From Gemmatimonadota bacterium (GTDB taxonomy: Bacteria; Gemmatimonadota; Gemmatimonadetes; Gemmatimonadales; GWC2-71-9), in NCBI GenBank assembly GCA_041691295.1, contig JBEPVA010000001.1:6008-70007 (forward strand): a DNA stretch of 64,000 bases, given 5' to 3'. Below the pieces are notes generated by a model, which searched no databases, was not told the origin of the DNA, and saw nothing but the letters and a program-made list of their open reading frames with translations. The translations under genes were made by a program, and so were the position numbers. Position 1 is the first letter of the stretch. Every line of letters starts with the position of its first letter. Below are positions 26,761-36,600 of this stretch, one piece after another.

Positions 26761-26818
26761 GTTCCGCCCTTTTCATTTGTGCAGCTCCTTGAGCTGCGTC
26801 AGTTCAAGCTTTCTGAAG

Positions 26819-28144
26819 TCATTCTGTCAACTCTGGAGGATTGCCGCTTGGGGGCGAATGCGGCGGTCTCTGCACCTCCATGTCAGGCTTATGAACAACC
26901 TGCATTAGTGCGCGGCCCAAGAAGCGGTCGTCAATCCCAAGTTCAAAGCGGTATTGCCCAGCGACCAGAAACCGTGGATTCCCAAGCGGGACCTTAATAA
27001 AATCTGTTGTGTCCATTCCAGAAATGTCGGAAATCACATAATTGCGGTGCGATTCAAAGACGGCAATCAACATGCCTTGGGGGTCAATTATTCGGAGCTG
27101 AACCGTGTGGCTTCCGGTGGAATCCGCAGGGATCGTCAAACGCGCCAAGAAAGACAAGTCTCCCGCTTCGACTGGAAGAAGTATGGTCTCGATTAAGTCA
27201 ATCTCGGAGAAAATAGTCATCGCGCCCCCCGGCTCGTGCCTGAACTTGCGACAGATCACAGCATAAGAGCAGTTTATCCTCAGCGCATTGATGGGCTGTC
27301 CTCCCGCACCGACGAAGTGTACAGGTTGCCCCGCAAACATTTCTATTCGGCTAAGGCTCGGATAGGTTGTAATGGCTTTAACATTTCGACCCGGCAGGTC
27401 ATAGGTGGTCGACCATTGCCCACCGTGGAAGTCCCAGCACCTAATCCGGATCGCGCTGCCGACGCCGACCAACTCGAGATGTTTTTTATCGGCCAAGCCC
27501 AGAAACCTCCCGACCCTTGTTTCACCGCGGGGAATCGCACCAACTGTCCGTTCTGCAATTGTCTCGGACAGAGGGACAACTCCGGTCATATCTCCGCCTA
27601 ACACAATGCCATCACCGGTCGCGGAGGCCGTGAGCTCGATTGGCTCATGACCGGGCGCGAATAGATGACACTCCCATCTGCTCACCGATCCTGTCTCACC
27701 CAGATTGGTTACGGCAACGGTGGCGGCGAGCGCCATGGCTACCCGTCCATCCTGATATACGGCGTGGCCCGGCATAACTCTGTCCGGGAAACTCAGAATG
27801 AGATTCGGGCGTCGGGTTAGCTTCGCCAGCTCGCGCTCCAAGTTCTCGTTTTTCACTTCCGCGGACGTCAGAAGGTTGTACCAGCCGCGGAAGCTCCGTC
27901 CGACCAGCGCAGCAACGATGATTAAACCGGTAATCCAAATGCTATAAGATTGGGCTCTCTGCTCGTCCACTTGGCCATAGTACCTCTTCCAGTTTAGGAG
28001 CCAAATGGCGAGTGCGCAGAGGCCAGCGAACAAGTCGGCAGAGCCGCTTTGAGCGCTAAGTGACGCAGCGATCCATCGTCGTGCAATCGACGGTCTATTA
28101 CTCGTTGGTGGCGTGTCAACGCGACGACTGTTTGTTAGTGGCAA
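26819..28144 (-). CDS. membrane-anchored protein of unknown function (lower-GC gene)
   Basis: TTG 28144 lies 8 nt after GAGGAGG. 441 aa. Two N-terminal TM helices, a short coiled segment EVKNENLERELAKLTRR, then ~330 aa with no motif recognised. Confidence 0.6.
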   Translation of the reverse strand: MPLTNSRRVDTPPTSNRPSIARRWIAASLSAQSGSADLFAGLCALAIWLLNWKRYYGQVDEQRAQSYSIWITGLIIVAALVGRSFRGWYNLLTSAEVKNENLERELAKLTRRPNLILSFPDRVMPGHAVYQDGRVAMALAATVAVTNLGETGSVSRWECHLFAPGHEPIELTASATGDGIVLGGDMTGVVPLSETIAERTVGAIPRGETRVGRFLGLADKKHLELVGVGSAIRIRCWDFHGGQWSTTYDLPGRNVKAITTYPSLSRIEMFAGQPVHFVGAGGQPINALRINCSYAVICRKFRHEPGGAMTIFSEIDLIETILLPVEAGDLSFLARLTIPADSTGSHTVQLRIIDPQGMLIAVFESHRNYVISDISGMDTTDFIKVPLGNPRFLVAGQYRFELGIDDRFLGRALMQVVHKPDMEVQRPPHSPPSGNPPELTE

Positions 28145-28294
28145 GAGCGAGTCCTCCTCTTGTCTCTGCTTTGGGTAGCGAAATGGGCTCCCGAGTGGTG
28201 TGTAGGCTGGATGCGCCGTTGCCGAATTAACCTACACAGTGGTGACCTACCAAGGCTCAGCCTGCCTGATAGCGCATCCTACCACTCTGTGCCT

Positions 28295-29281
28295 TCAGTT
28301 GGTCGCAACCGTGCCCATAGCCACCACCTCGAAGCTGCTCCCCTTCACACCCTTCAATTCGTTGAGCTCGTCGTCGCTCCAGCGGGGATCGGGAGCGCCG
28401 GAGAAATACCAGTTACTGCCGTTGTCGGCCACGATCATCCCGTAGGTCTTCATGGCCTGGAGGATGACCCGGGCGGTCGGCGAAAATCCGCTGATATCGT
28501 AACTGGCCTTGAGCCGGACCCGCATGCCCATCGGCGGCAGGTTGACGCTGGTGGAACTGCTGGCCGCGTGGCGGGCCGGCGCGATGAAGCCGTGGCGTGA
28601 GTGGACCACCGTGAACCGGATGGCGTGGTTGATCGCGCCGGCGGTCACGGCCTCGTCATACCGCACCAGCCCCGGAAAGATCGGCAGCCCGGCGGCATCG
28701 GCCGAGGTCCAGCCGGCCGGGCGGAGGCTGTTGCTGGCGAGGTCGAAGACGGCGCCACTTCCGGCGGTCCAGCCGCCATGCCCGTCCGGGTAGGCGGCGT
28801 ACAATTCGTACAGCTTCCAGGCGTCCCGGTCGATGATCAGGATATGGCGGTCGCCACCGCTCGAGGCGCCCCCTTCGATCGGCGCACCGGCCGGGATCGG
28901 GTACGGCCCGGGATCGCTTTCGTCAGCATAGTCGAAGGACACCGGCACCCAATGGGTCGAGTCGCTGACGACGATATACGGAATGCCGAATGGCGAGCCA
29001 CCCAGATCGGCCCCGAAGTCGGGATGCAGCCCGGTATTGAGCCCGATGCCGGCGATCAGGTTGTCGGAGTTGGGGTCGACGGGCCGGCTGTCGATGGCGG
29101 TGTTCCAGGGATTGTCATCGGGAAAGGGCCGCCGGCCGTTGAGGCTGGCATTGATCCCGATTCCCGTGGTGTCGGTGTCCGGGTGGTGATTGATGCCGGT
29201 GCTGCCGCCGTCCTGCCCGCAGCCGATCAAGCCGAACAGACCCAGAAGCGTCAACAGGCGGTATGGAGTCATGGGGTGCAT
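28295..29281 (-). CDS. conserved-looking secreted lipoprotein, family not recognised
   Basis: Leader MHPMTPYRLLTLLGLFGLIGC. RBS GGAAGG. Conserved-looking blocks GWTSADAAGLPIFPGLVRYDE, HAIRFT and YGMIVADNGSNWY. Confidence 0.7.
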   Translation of the reverse strand: MHPMTPYRLLTLLGLFGLIGCGQDGGSTGINHHPDTDTTGIGINASLNGRRPFPDDNPWNTAIDSRPVDPNSDNLIAGIGLNTGLHPDFGADLGGSPFGIPYIVVSDSTHWVPVSFDYADESDPGPYPIPAGAPIEGGASSGGDRHILIIDRDAWKLYELYAAYPDGHGGWTAGSGAVFDLASNSLRPAGWTSADAAGLPIFPGLVRYDEAVTAGAINHAIRFTVVHSRHGFIAPARHAASSSTSVNLPPMGMRVRLKASYDISGFSPTARVILQAMKTYGMIVADNGSNWYFSGAPDPRWSDDELNELKGVKGSSFEVVAMGTVATN

Positions 29282-29525
29282 TTTGCCTTCCATTGGTCGG
29301 TGATACGATCCCGGCCAGAGGCCCGAAATGGCCCGAAACCTTGCCATTCGGCCTCCGACCGGACAACTTGTAAGCGCGGGTGTAGCAAGTGATTATCCCG
29401 CCTCGCCTTCGCAGTTATGTGGTCGGTTTCCGCATCCTCGAAATCGAGAGTACCTGACCTCCGTTTCAAGACGCGGACCGGTACGGTTCTGCCCGGACGG
29501 AGCGACTTCAGCCCAAGGACCCAGG

Positions 29526-31145
29526 ATGCGCCAACTCCGGATCGGGATTCTCGATCTCGTCACCAAGAGTCCCAACCCGTCGCTGTATGGGCGGATGATG
29601 AATGCCAATCTCGCCAGCATCATGCCGCAGGTCCTGGGCGTCTGGTGCCAGCAAGCCGGTCATAAAGTCACCTTCGTCTGCTATACCGGTCTCGAGAACC
29701 TGCTCGAGGAGCTGCCGGCCAACCTCGACATCCTTTTTATCGGCGCCTTTACGCAGTCGGCCCAGCTGTCGTATGCCCTGAGTAACGTGTTCCGGAAGCG
29801 CGGCGCCATCACCGTGATCGGTGGTCCCCACGCCCGCTGCTACCCCGAGGATGCGGCCAAGTACTTCGACTACGTCCTCGGCTTCACCGACAAGAGCCTG
29901 GTCAACGAAGTCCTGACCGAATGCGCCCAGCACCGGCCGTTCGGACGCCAGATGGCGGCGGCCAACCAGCCAACCGACCTGCCCTCGGTCCAGGAGCGCT
30001 GGGACTTCATCGAACCGACGCTGGCCAAGGCGCCGACGATCAAGATCGTCCCGATGATCGGCAGCCTGGGCTGCCCCTACACCTGCAGTTTCTGCATCGA
30101 TTCCACGGTCGACTACCAGCCGCTCAGCTTCCAGCAGCTGCGGGACGACCTGACCTTCATCCAGACCAAGTTCAAGAACCCGATCCTCGGCTGGCACGAT
30201 CCGAACTTCGGGGTGCGGTTCGAGGACTACATGGATGCTATCGAGGCCACGGTCAAGCCGGGCCGGATCCGGCATATCGCCGAGAGCAGCCTGTCGCTGC
30301 TGTCGGAGCCGCACCTCAAGCGGCTCAAGGCCAATGGCTTTCAGGCCATCCTGCCCGGCATCGAGTCGTGGTACGACCTGGGCAACAAGTCCCGGACCCG
30401 TAACACCGGCATGGACAAGGTCAAACTGGTGTCGGATCATGTGAACATGATCCTGCGCTACATCCCCTATATCCAGACCAACTTCGTGATGGGCCTGGAT
30501 GGAGATATGGGGCCGGAGCCGTTCGAGCTGACCAAGAAGTTCATCGACCTCTCGCCGGGCGCCTTCCCGGCCTACTCGCTGCTCTCGTCCTTCGGGCGGG
30601 CGGCGCCGATGAACCTCGATTACCAGCGGGCCGGACGGGTCATGGCGTTCCCGTTCCACTTCCTGAACAACAACCACGCCATGAACGTCCGGCCCAAGAA
30701 CTACTCCTGGACCGACTTCTACGACGGGTTGATCGACGTGACCCGCTATTCGTTCTCCTGGAAGGCCATTGCCAAGCGGATCCCCGCCACCGACGGCGCC
30801 ATCCCGAAGTGGATGAATGTGGTCCGGGCCATGAGCTCGGAAGGCTTCGGCCGGATCAAGTACCACACCATGCTGCGTAAGCGGCTCGACACCGACAAGG
30901 AGCTGCGCAGCTTCTTCGACGGCGAGACCACCAAAATCCCGCAGTTCTACGTCGACCGGATCAAGGACGACCTCGGGCCGTTGTTCTCCGAGCTGCCGGC
31001 CGGCGCCATCGAGCACGATCCCAACGCCTGGCTCAAGCTGCAGACGCCGGATACCGTCGTACTCAAGGCCGCACCGGGGCGGCGGGCCAATCGGCCGGCG
31101 CCGGAAGCCCAGGTACCGGCGCCGATGTCGCCGAACGACGCCTGA
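29526..31145 (+). CDS. B12-binding-domain radical SAM protein (class B-like)
   Basis: ATG 29526. N-terminal Rossmann-like region. Cluster motif GCPYTCSFC (CxxxCxxC). Long C-terminal region of unknown function. Confidence 0.85.
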   Translation: MRQLRIGILDLVTKSPNPSLYGRMMNANLASIMPQVLGVWCQQAGHKVTFVCYTGLENLLEELPANLDILFIGAFTQSAQLSYALSNVFRKRGAITVIGGPHARCYPEDAAKYFDYVLGFTDKSLVNEVLTECAQHRPFGRQMAAANQPTDLPSVQERWDFIEPTLAKAPTIKIVPMIGSLGCPYTCSFCIDSTVDYQPLSFQQLRDDLTFIQTKFKNPILGWHDPNFGVRFEDYMDAIEATVKPGRIRHIAESSLSLLSEPHLKRLKANGFQAILPGIESWYDLGNKSRTRNTGMDKVKLVSDHVNMILRYIPYIQTNFVMGLDGDMGPEPFELTKKFIDLSPGAFPAYSLLSSFGRAAPMNLDYQRAGRVMAFPFHFLNNNHAMNVRPKNYSWTDFYDGLIDVTRYSFSWKAIAKRIPATDGAIPKWMNVVRAMSSEGFGRIKYHTMLRKRLDTDKELRSFFDGETTKIPQFYVDRIKDDLGPLFSELPAGAIEHDPNAWLKLQTPDTVVLKAAPGRRANRPAPEAQVPAPMSPNDA

Positions 31146-31154
31146 AGGCGTCGT

Positions 31155-31180
31155 GCCGTTAGCCGTTAGCCATTAGCTGA
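31155..31180 (+). repeat. heptamer tandem repeat GCCGTTA x3
   Basis: gccgtta gccgtta gccatta gctga, 10 nt after the rSAM stop. Confidence 0.65.
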
Positions 31181-31193
31181 TCGGATAGAAAAC

Positions 31194-31230
31194 GACCCTC
31201 CGGTGGCTGGTGCCGGAGGGTCGATTTCTT
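31194..31230 (+). terminator. intrinsic terminator after the rSAM gene
   Basis: Stem gaccctccgg/ccggagggtc (10 bp), loop tggctggtg, then gatttctt. Confidence 0.6.
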
Positions 31231-31345
31231 CCAGGATTCGGTATTGGCGTTAGGAGCTGGCTTACTTGACGCGACTGCGGAACAACACAGTAAGTCAGTC
31301 GACTTTCCATGTGGCCCGAGCTCTGTCGACATTCCTGGATAGCAG

Positions 31346-31377
31346 AAACCCGGCGCCGAATGGCGCCGGGTTTTTTT
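31346..31377. terminator. bidirectional intrinsic terminator
   Basis: aaacccggcgcc-gaat-ggcgccgggttt followed by tttt, with an A-tract upstream. It can terminate the minus-strand rhs operon and plus-strand read-through. Confidence 0.7.
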
Positions 31378-31450
31378 ACGGGCCACTGGCCCATCCAGCG
31401 GAAGGTTACGCTTCGTGCTAGGTATCGGCACGGGCCATCGCGAAGCAAGC

Positions 31451-31888
31451 CTACATGTCAGAGGTGATGCTGGCCGCACAAATGGTCCACCGGTCCGCCT
31501 TGCGGACGAAGTTCACGCTCAATTCAGCCCACGCATTCCCGGCCCGCGAATACTGGAAGACCACTGCTGCACTGTCCGGATGCCGCTGGGTTATCTGCTC
31601 CGCAATGAGCTTGGCCAGATTGGGGTGAGCAAGCACAGTATCATTGGCAACCAGGGCGAGCCCTACAGTCATTGCGCGCTCATTGCAGCTTAATTCGAGT
31701 ACAGTCGATGTATCGCGCTTTGCAGATGCATTCAAGAATTGCCCTAACACGAAGGTTAAGGTGACAATCGGCTCTCCGCCTGGAAGCGGGCCTGAGTGTC
31801 GAGTCCTACCACTCGCGCAATCCATCAGAGACAGCCCTATGATCGAGAAGAGGCCGGCAATTCGAAGTCTGGCTCGGCGCCGGCTCAT
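31451..31888 (-). CDS. exported lipoprotein, candidate immunity protein for the orphan rhs toxin
   Basis: The start overlaps the orphan toxin stop by 4 nt. Leader MSRRRARLRIAGLFSIIGLSLMDC. No family recognised. Confidence 0.55.
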   Translation of the reverse strand: MSRRRARLRIAGLFSIIGLSLMDCASGRTRHSGPLPGGEPIVTLTFVLGQFLNASAKRDTSTVLELSCNERAMTVGLALVANDTVLAHPNLAKLIAEQITQRHPDSAAVVFQYSRAGNAWAELSVNFVRKADRWTICAASITSDM

Positions 31889-32715
31889 GGGGTTCCCCTA
31901 TCATCGCAACGCTTGTCCTGGCCCGCAGCAGCGTGATATTGGTTTTCTACGCGGATCGCACGGTTCTGGTAAAGCAGTCTCGCGCGAGGGTCTGATCCGG
32001 TATAGGCTCCGGTCGAGCTTTCCGTCTGGTGACCGAGGAGTTCATGCGCGGCCATTACGCCGAGGTCAAACGTGTGTTGGCCGTTTGGATCCTCGGGACA
32101 TGCCGCGTAATCGACCATTTGCATCATATCGATTGTCGAGGCAAACCCAGCGGATGAGGACCGCCCATTTCCAATGGTCACGGTAAGCGTGTGGTCCTTG
32201 TCGTCGTTGATCAATTCTCTAAGAGTCTCCTGGAGTCTTTCGTACCCCTTCCCCCCTTGGGGGATGGAACCAGTGGCACAGTGATTCTTGTCCACCAAGA
32301 TGATCGTGTTCGTGGCCTTTTCGGCAGCTTTCTGAGCTAGCCGCTGCTCGCCAACGTCTTTTCCAGTAAAGCATAGCTTCAGCCCAAATGGATCAGTCAA
32401 TGAAGACGGATTGTTCCCGTTGAACTGATAGAGGTTGAGGCCTTCGCTAACACCAAGCGGAGCCTCCTGCAGCCAGCGCCCGGTACGGCTGTCGTAGGCC
32501 CGGTTGCGGAACAGGGCGATCTCGGGGGTTTCCGGAACATTCATCCGGCTGCTCTGGAAGCTGGCGGAATTGGCGTTCCCGCCGGTCCACTGCCAGCCGG
32601 TGGTGATCCCGAGGTTGTCGGGATTGCTATCCAGCGAGCCATTGGAGTCGCTCGTCGCCAGCAATCCACCTCGACCGTCGGTGACGTAGAAGTACGAGCG
32701 CCAGGCGGCAAAGCC
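31885..32715 (-). pseudogene. orphan rhs C-terminal cassette (5'-truncated core end plus HELLGH metallopeptidase-like toxin)
   Basis: AWRSYFYVTDGRGGLLATS...RNRAYDSRTGRWLQEAPLGV..LNLYQFNGNNP..DPFGL parallels the end of the full RHS gene. It shares the identical 28-nt cctgcagccagcgcccggtacggctgtc. A unique ~165-aa tail carries AAHELLGHQ. There is no own start; the upstream junction is about 32712-32720. Confidence 0.75.
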
Positions 32716-32894
32716 CCCGCGAGGAGCTGATCCTTCCGCGCGGTGATCTGACCGGGATGGACATCAAAGCGCTTGGCCAACTCGGCCAGCGTGCTTTCCG
32801 CCCGGACGGCGGCCAGGGCCACCTTGGCCTTCAATGCGGGGGCATGGGTACGACGGGGACGTTTCGACTTCAGGAGCTCCTCGGCTATGGGCAT
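32716..32894 (-). mobile_element. IS3-family orfA N-terminal remnant (~60 codons)
   Basis: MPIAEELLKSKRPRRTHAPALKAKVALAAVRAESTLAELAKRFDVHPGQITARKDQLLAG resembles the HTH N-terminus of IS3 OrfA. No orfB and no inverted repeats were seen. Confidence 0.6.
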
Positions 32895-32993
32895 ACTCTC
32901 GCCGGGGGGGGCTCGCGTGTCCACTGATCCCGCCTGTTCAGAATACCGGAGCCACTTCTCTATGTCCTGCACACGACCGAAATGCGGTCACGC

Positions 32994-33677
32994 TTATGGA
33001 GCAAACGGCGGACTTTCTCGATGCGACCAGGCCACGAGTTCGCCATGCGAAAAAGTGAGAGCGTACGCCATGGCGACCCACGATCTCTCAAAACCACCGA
33101 GGTTTCTTGTTAGCACTGTAATGACAGCAGTTGCCCCTTTGTCAGAGTTGTCAAGAGGATGGTCGAATGGCCAGTCCCCGGGACGGGCGAGATCCCACGC
33201 GGCCATGACACCCGGCCGCGTAGTGGAGTCCACACCCGGGAGAACAATCTCAACTGCGCCGAAAGGATCGGCCAAGAGCGCAAGGCATTTCACTTTGTCC
33301 TGGTTCGAACGACACCCGGAGCCGCTCGTGACTATCTTCGCGATTGCTCCAAGGTCTTGCTGCTGAAACCCGCCGGCCCGAAATACTGAATCGCCTGCAT
33401 GGACGAGCAAGAACACTTGATCGCTCGCTCCAATTCGCCAGACAGTAAATTCATTCGAAAGGTGCGGGCCTCGTTCAATCCTCAATCCTGCAGGATCCAC
33501 AACCGCGTCCTGGGTCACGCTAGAAAGCGAAAGCTCATTCGTCGCGTTTTGGCTGACCAGTAGTCTGATACGCTCGATCGTGCCTAGGGACTGTGCCTTC
33601 AACACCGACTGTCCCGGTATAGCAAGTAGAGAGGCGATGGAGAATGCCTGCAGAACACACGATTGCTTTAACATCAA
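32994..33677 (-). CDS. exported protein, candidate cognate immunity for the RHS toxin
   Basis: Its start overlaps the RHS stop by 4 nt. Signal peptide MMLKQSCVLQAFSIASLLAIPGQSVLKAQS. Lower GC. Confidence 0.6.
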   Translation of the reverse strand: MMLKQSCVLQAFSIASLLAIPGQSVLKAQSLGTIERIRLLVSQNATNELSLSSVTQDAVVDPAGLRIERGPHLSNEFTVWRIGASDQVFLLVHAGDSVFRAGGFQQQDLGAIAKIVTSGSGCRSNQDKVKCLALLADPFGAVEIVLPGVDSTTRPGVMAAWDLARPGDWPFDHPLDNSDKGATAVITVLTRNLGGFERSWVAMAYALTFSHGELVAWSHRESPPFAP

Positions 33678-36600
33678 GGCTGCCTTTGCCCGTATTCGGG
33701 TCCGAGTTCCGCACGAATGATATTCTCATTCGCCAATGTACAAGGATCCCCATCTGTACAACCAGTCCCTGCTGATGTCACCGTTAGGGCGTGAGCTGTT
33801 TCATGTCCGAGAACGATTACGCCATCAACCTTAACGTGAATTCGACCCTCCGAACCCGCGAAGTCAGACGGTTTAATCTGGATTTCGACCTGATTGTGCA
33901 CAACTTGTCCAGACGTGGCCCCCGAGAATTTGCCTCGCGGCAATGGATCCTTCGGACCAAGCTCGACGATATGATAGACGATCTTTGATTTTTCGAGCTT
34001 GGCCAAATTGGCGTTACAAGTACCCGACTTTTGTCGGCATAGATCCACATACATCTGTGCTCCTGCTTCGACATCCAATTTTAGACCGAAGGGGTCGGTG
34101 TACATGGCCGGATTGTTCCCATTGAACTGATACAGGTTGAGCCCCCCGCTCACGCCGAGGGGGTCTTCCTGCAGCCAGCGCCCGGTACGGCTGTCATACG
34201 CCCGATTTCTGAACATTGACACCTCGGGCGTCTGCGGAATGTTCATGCGACCAGCCGCAAATGACGTGGAGTTCGACGTACCCCCAGAATACTGCCAGCC
34301 AGATACCGTGCCGTTGTTATCCGGATTGCTCTGAAGATTCCCGGTGGAGTCACTGCTGGCCAGCAGCCGTCCCTGGCCATCGGTGACGAAGTAGTACGTC
34401 CTCCATTCGGGGAAGCTACCGACAACTGGGTACTGGCCGACAGCCATCAGCGGATCGTCGAGGCCTGGACCCTGGATCACCTGGTAGACTCGGGTGGCAA
34501 AGATTCCCGCAACGTTGTCGCCATCATACGCAAGCTTCGGAGCCGCCCCGCACGGATTGGACAATTGGCCGTCCGGGTAATACTGACAGCTGTTCAGACC
34601 AGTAGTGTTGAAAGCTAGATTGGTTTCTGCCCAGGCCATCCCGGACATCCGGCCACTGGCGTCATAGAACTGAATCCTTGAGCGGGTATCGAGCCCGGCC
34701 CCACCACCACCAGCATGGGCGCTGTCGATTTCCCGGGCCCCGTTGGCGTCATAGCTCATCAGGATGAGAGGATAGCGCGGGACCCCTGAGGTGGAATCAG
34801 CCATCGAGAGTACACGGTTATGGCCTGTGGCAACCTGGAAGTTCTTCAGGTCAACGTAGGCCCCACCAGAATCCTTTGACCAGACCATGTTCCCTGACGC
34901 GTCGTATTGCTTCCATTGGCTGACATAGTCGAGCCGGCTCTGCTGCTTGGTCAGCATGTTGCGCCAGTTGTACAAATAGTCGTCATTTTCATTGAGACTT
35001 GATGACGTGTGGCACTCGGAGCCCATCCAGGTCTGAGCGCGATCGCAGGTCATGACTCGATTGGTCAAACGGCCTATTGCGTCGCGATTGTCGCTGAGGC
35101 TGAATTTGAGAATGTCGCCGTGCATGTTGCTGGCCGGGGGTGGATCGCCAGGCAGAGAAACGACACGTCTCACGACCCCTCGAATGTCATGATCATAGGC
35201 CACCACCATGTGCCTGACGGGATAATATATCGAGTCCCGCCTCCCGAGCTCGTCGGGTATGAATGTAAAGGTCTGGCTGGTCGCCCAGGCGGCCGTATTC
35301 CCTCTTACTAGATCGAGAAATGTGGTAATCGTGTATAGGTCGCCTTGCGAATAGTAGCCGTAGGCCAGACTGTCCCGTACCGGGTTGTGGTTATTGAAGT
35401 CGTTCGATTGAATCGCGTGGTACATGGAGGTGCGAGCACCTCCCAGGTCATACGTATAGCGTATCGTATCAATTGGAGCGAACGCGGATGTACTCGCGAT
35501 GATCTTGCTCTTCAACGCACCGTCGGCAAAGTAGGTCTGAATTAGTTTGGCATTCCTATTCTGCGTCGTCAGCACTCGCCCGATCAAGTCATAGGTGTAG
35601 TTAGTTGTATCCCCGGGCGTGGTTAGAGAGTTCCTCGTGACCGATCCAAACCACCTGCTCATCAGACGACCAGAGGCGTCGTAGCTAAAATGGATCACCT
35701 GACCAGTCCGGAGGGTGGTGGTTTGAAGCAACCCATCCGTTGAATAGAATGAGATGTTGGATGCCCCGTAATCGTCCTGTTCGCTGCTCAACAGCGCGCG
35801 GGCATCCCTCCGGTAAGTGCGTGCGACTGCGCGCGGGTCAGATACCTGTGTAATCCCGACCCGGCCCTGAGTGTAGTTGGTTATCAGACTGTCCGGGATC
35901 GTATCTTGTGACCATTCGTTCAGAGTGCAGATGACCTGAGCCGCATTGCAGGTTGACAGACTGGCCAGCGCCGACGGGATGAGGTAGTTGGGCACCGGCT
36001 TGGTAACAGCCCGGGCCTGGGTTACTCGATTTAGTGCATCGTACTTGTACGACGTCCGCATTTCGGCTGGGTCATATATATCAAGAGCGCGACCTACATT
36101 GTCGTTGACGTATCCGGTTGCCATCCCTGCGGCATCCCAGGTCACCTGCAGATTCCCCACTGAGTCGTATCTGAATCTCACGGTCTGGTCGATCACCGAA
36201 GTCGTCCCGAAGTACTGGGACCAGGTGGTCACTGACTTATCAACCACGCTGTCCAAGACACCCCGGTTGAGGCCGGCACCGTGGACGGCGTATTTGGTGA
36301 TGTGAGTTCGCGGGTCGAGCGTGTGCTCCAGAAATCCCAGCGAGTCATAGAAAAAGCTCGTGACCCGCCCCATCGGATCGGTGACGGACTTGGGAGAATC
36401 GGGCACCAGGCTGGTGGAAACAGTGTCATAGGCATAGGTGGAGGTCCGATTGCCACGCCCGTCGAGCGCCTTGGTGCTGTCCTTGACCTGGGTCAAGTTG
36501 CCGCGGGCATTCCACGACATCCGGATGACCCGACCCGTGGCCCCCGCCGTCGTCGGGTGCGGATAGACCACCTTGGTGACGAGGGCAGGGGTCTTGGTAC

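Noticed and set aside
29508-31016. Very long antisense ORFs, for example 29508..31016 (-, 502 aa), 49117..51393 (-, 758 aa), 22332..23696 (-, 454 aa), 2250..3572 (+, 440 aa) and 8452..9585 (-, 377 aa).
   Set aside because: They lie opposite genes with clear family motifs and are rich in R/G/P/A low-complexity sequence. They lack RBS or start context. This is the shadow-ORF pattern expected in high-GC DNA.
31231-31345. Possible small RNA between the two hairpin terminators downstream of the rSAM gene.
   Set aside because: The second hairpin is flanked by an A-tract and a T-tract, so it is better explained as a bidirectional terminator closing the minus-strand rhs operon. I found no convincing promoter; TTGACG at ~31265 has no acceptable -10.
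32541-32972. 143-aa ORF considered as a functional IS3 transposase gene or an active IS.
   Set aside because: Only ~60 codons resemble OrfA. The rest of the ORF is an out-of-frame read-through into rhs-derived sequence. There is no orfB, frameshift site or terminal inverted repeats.
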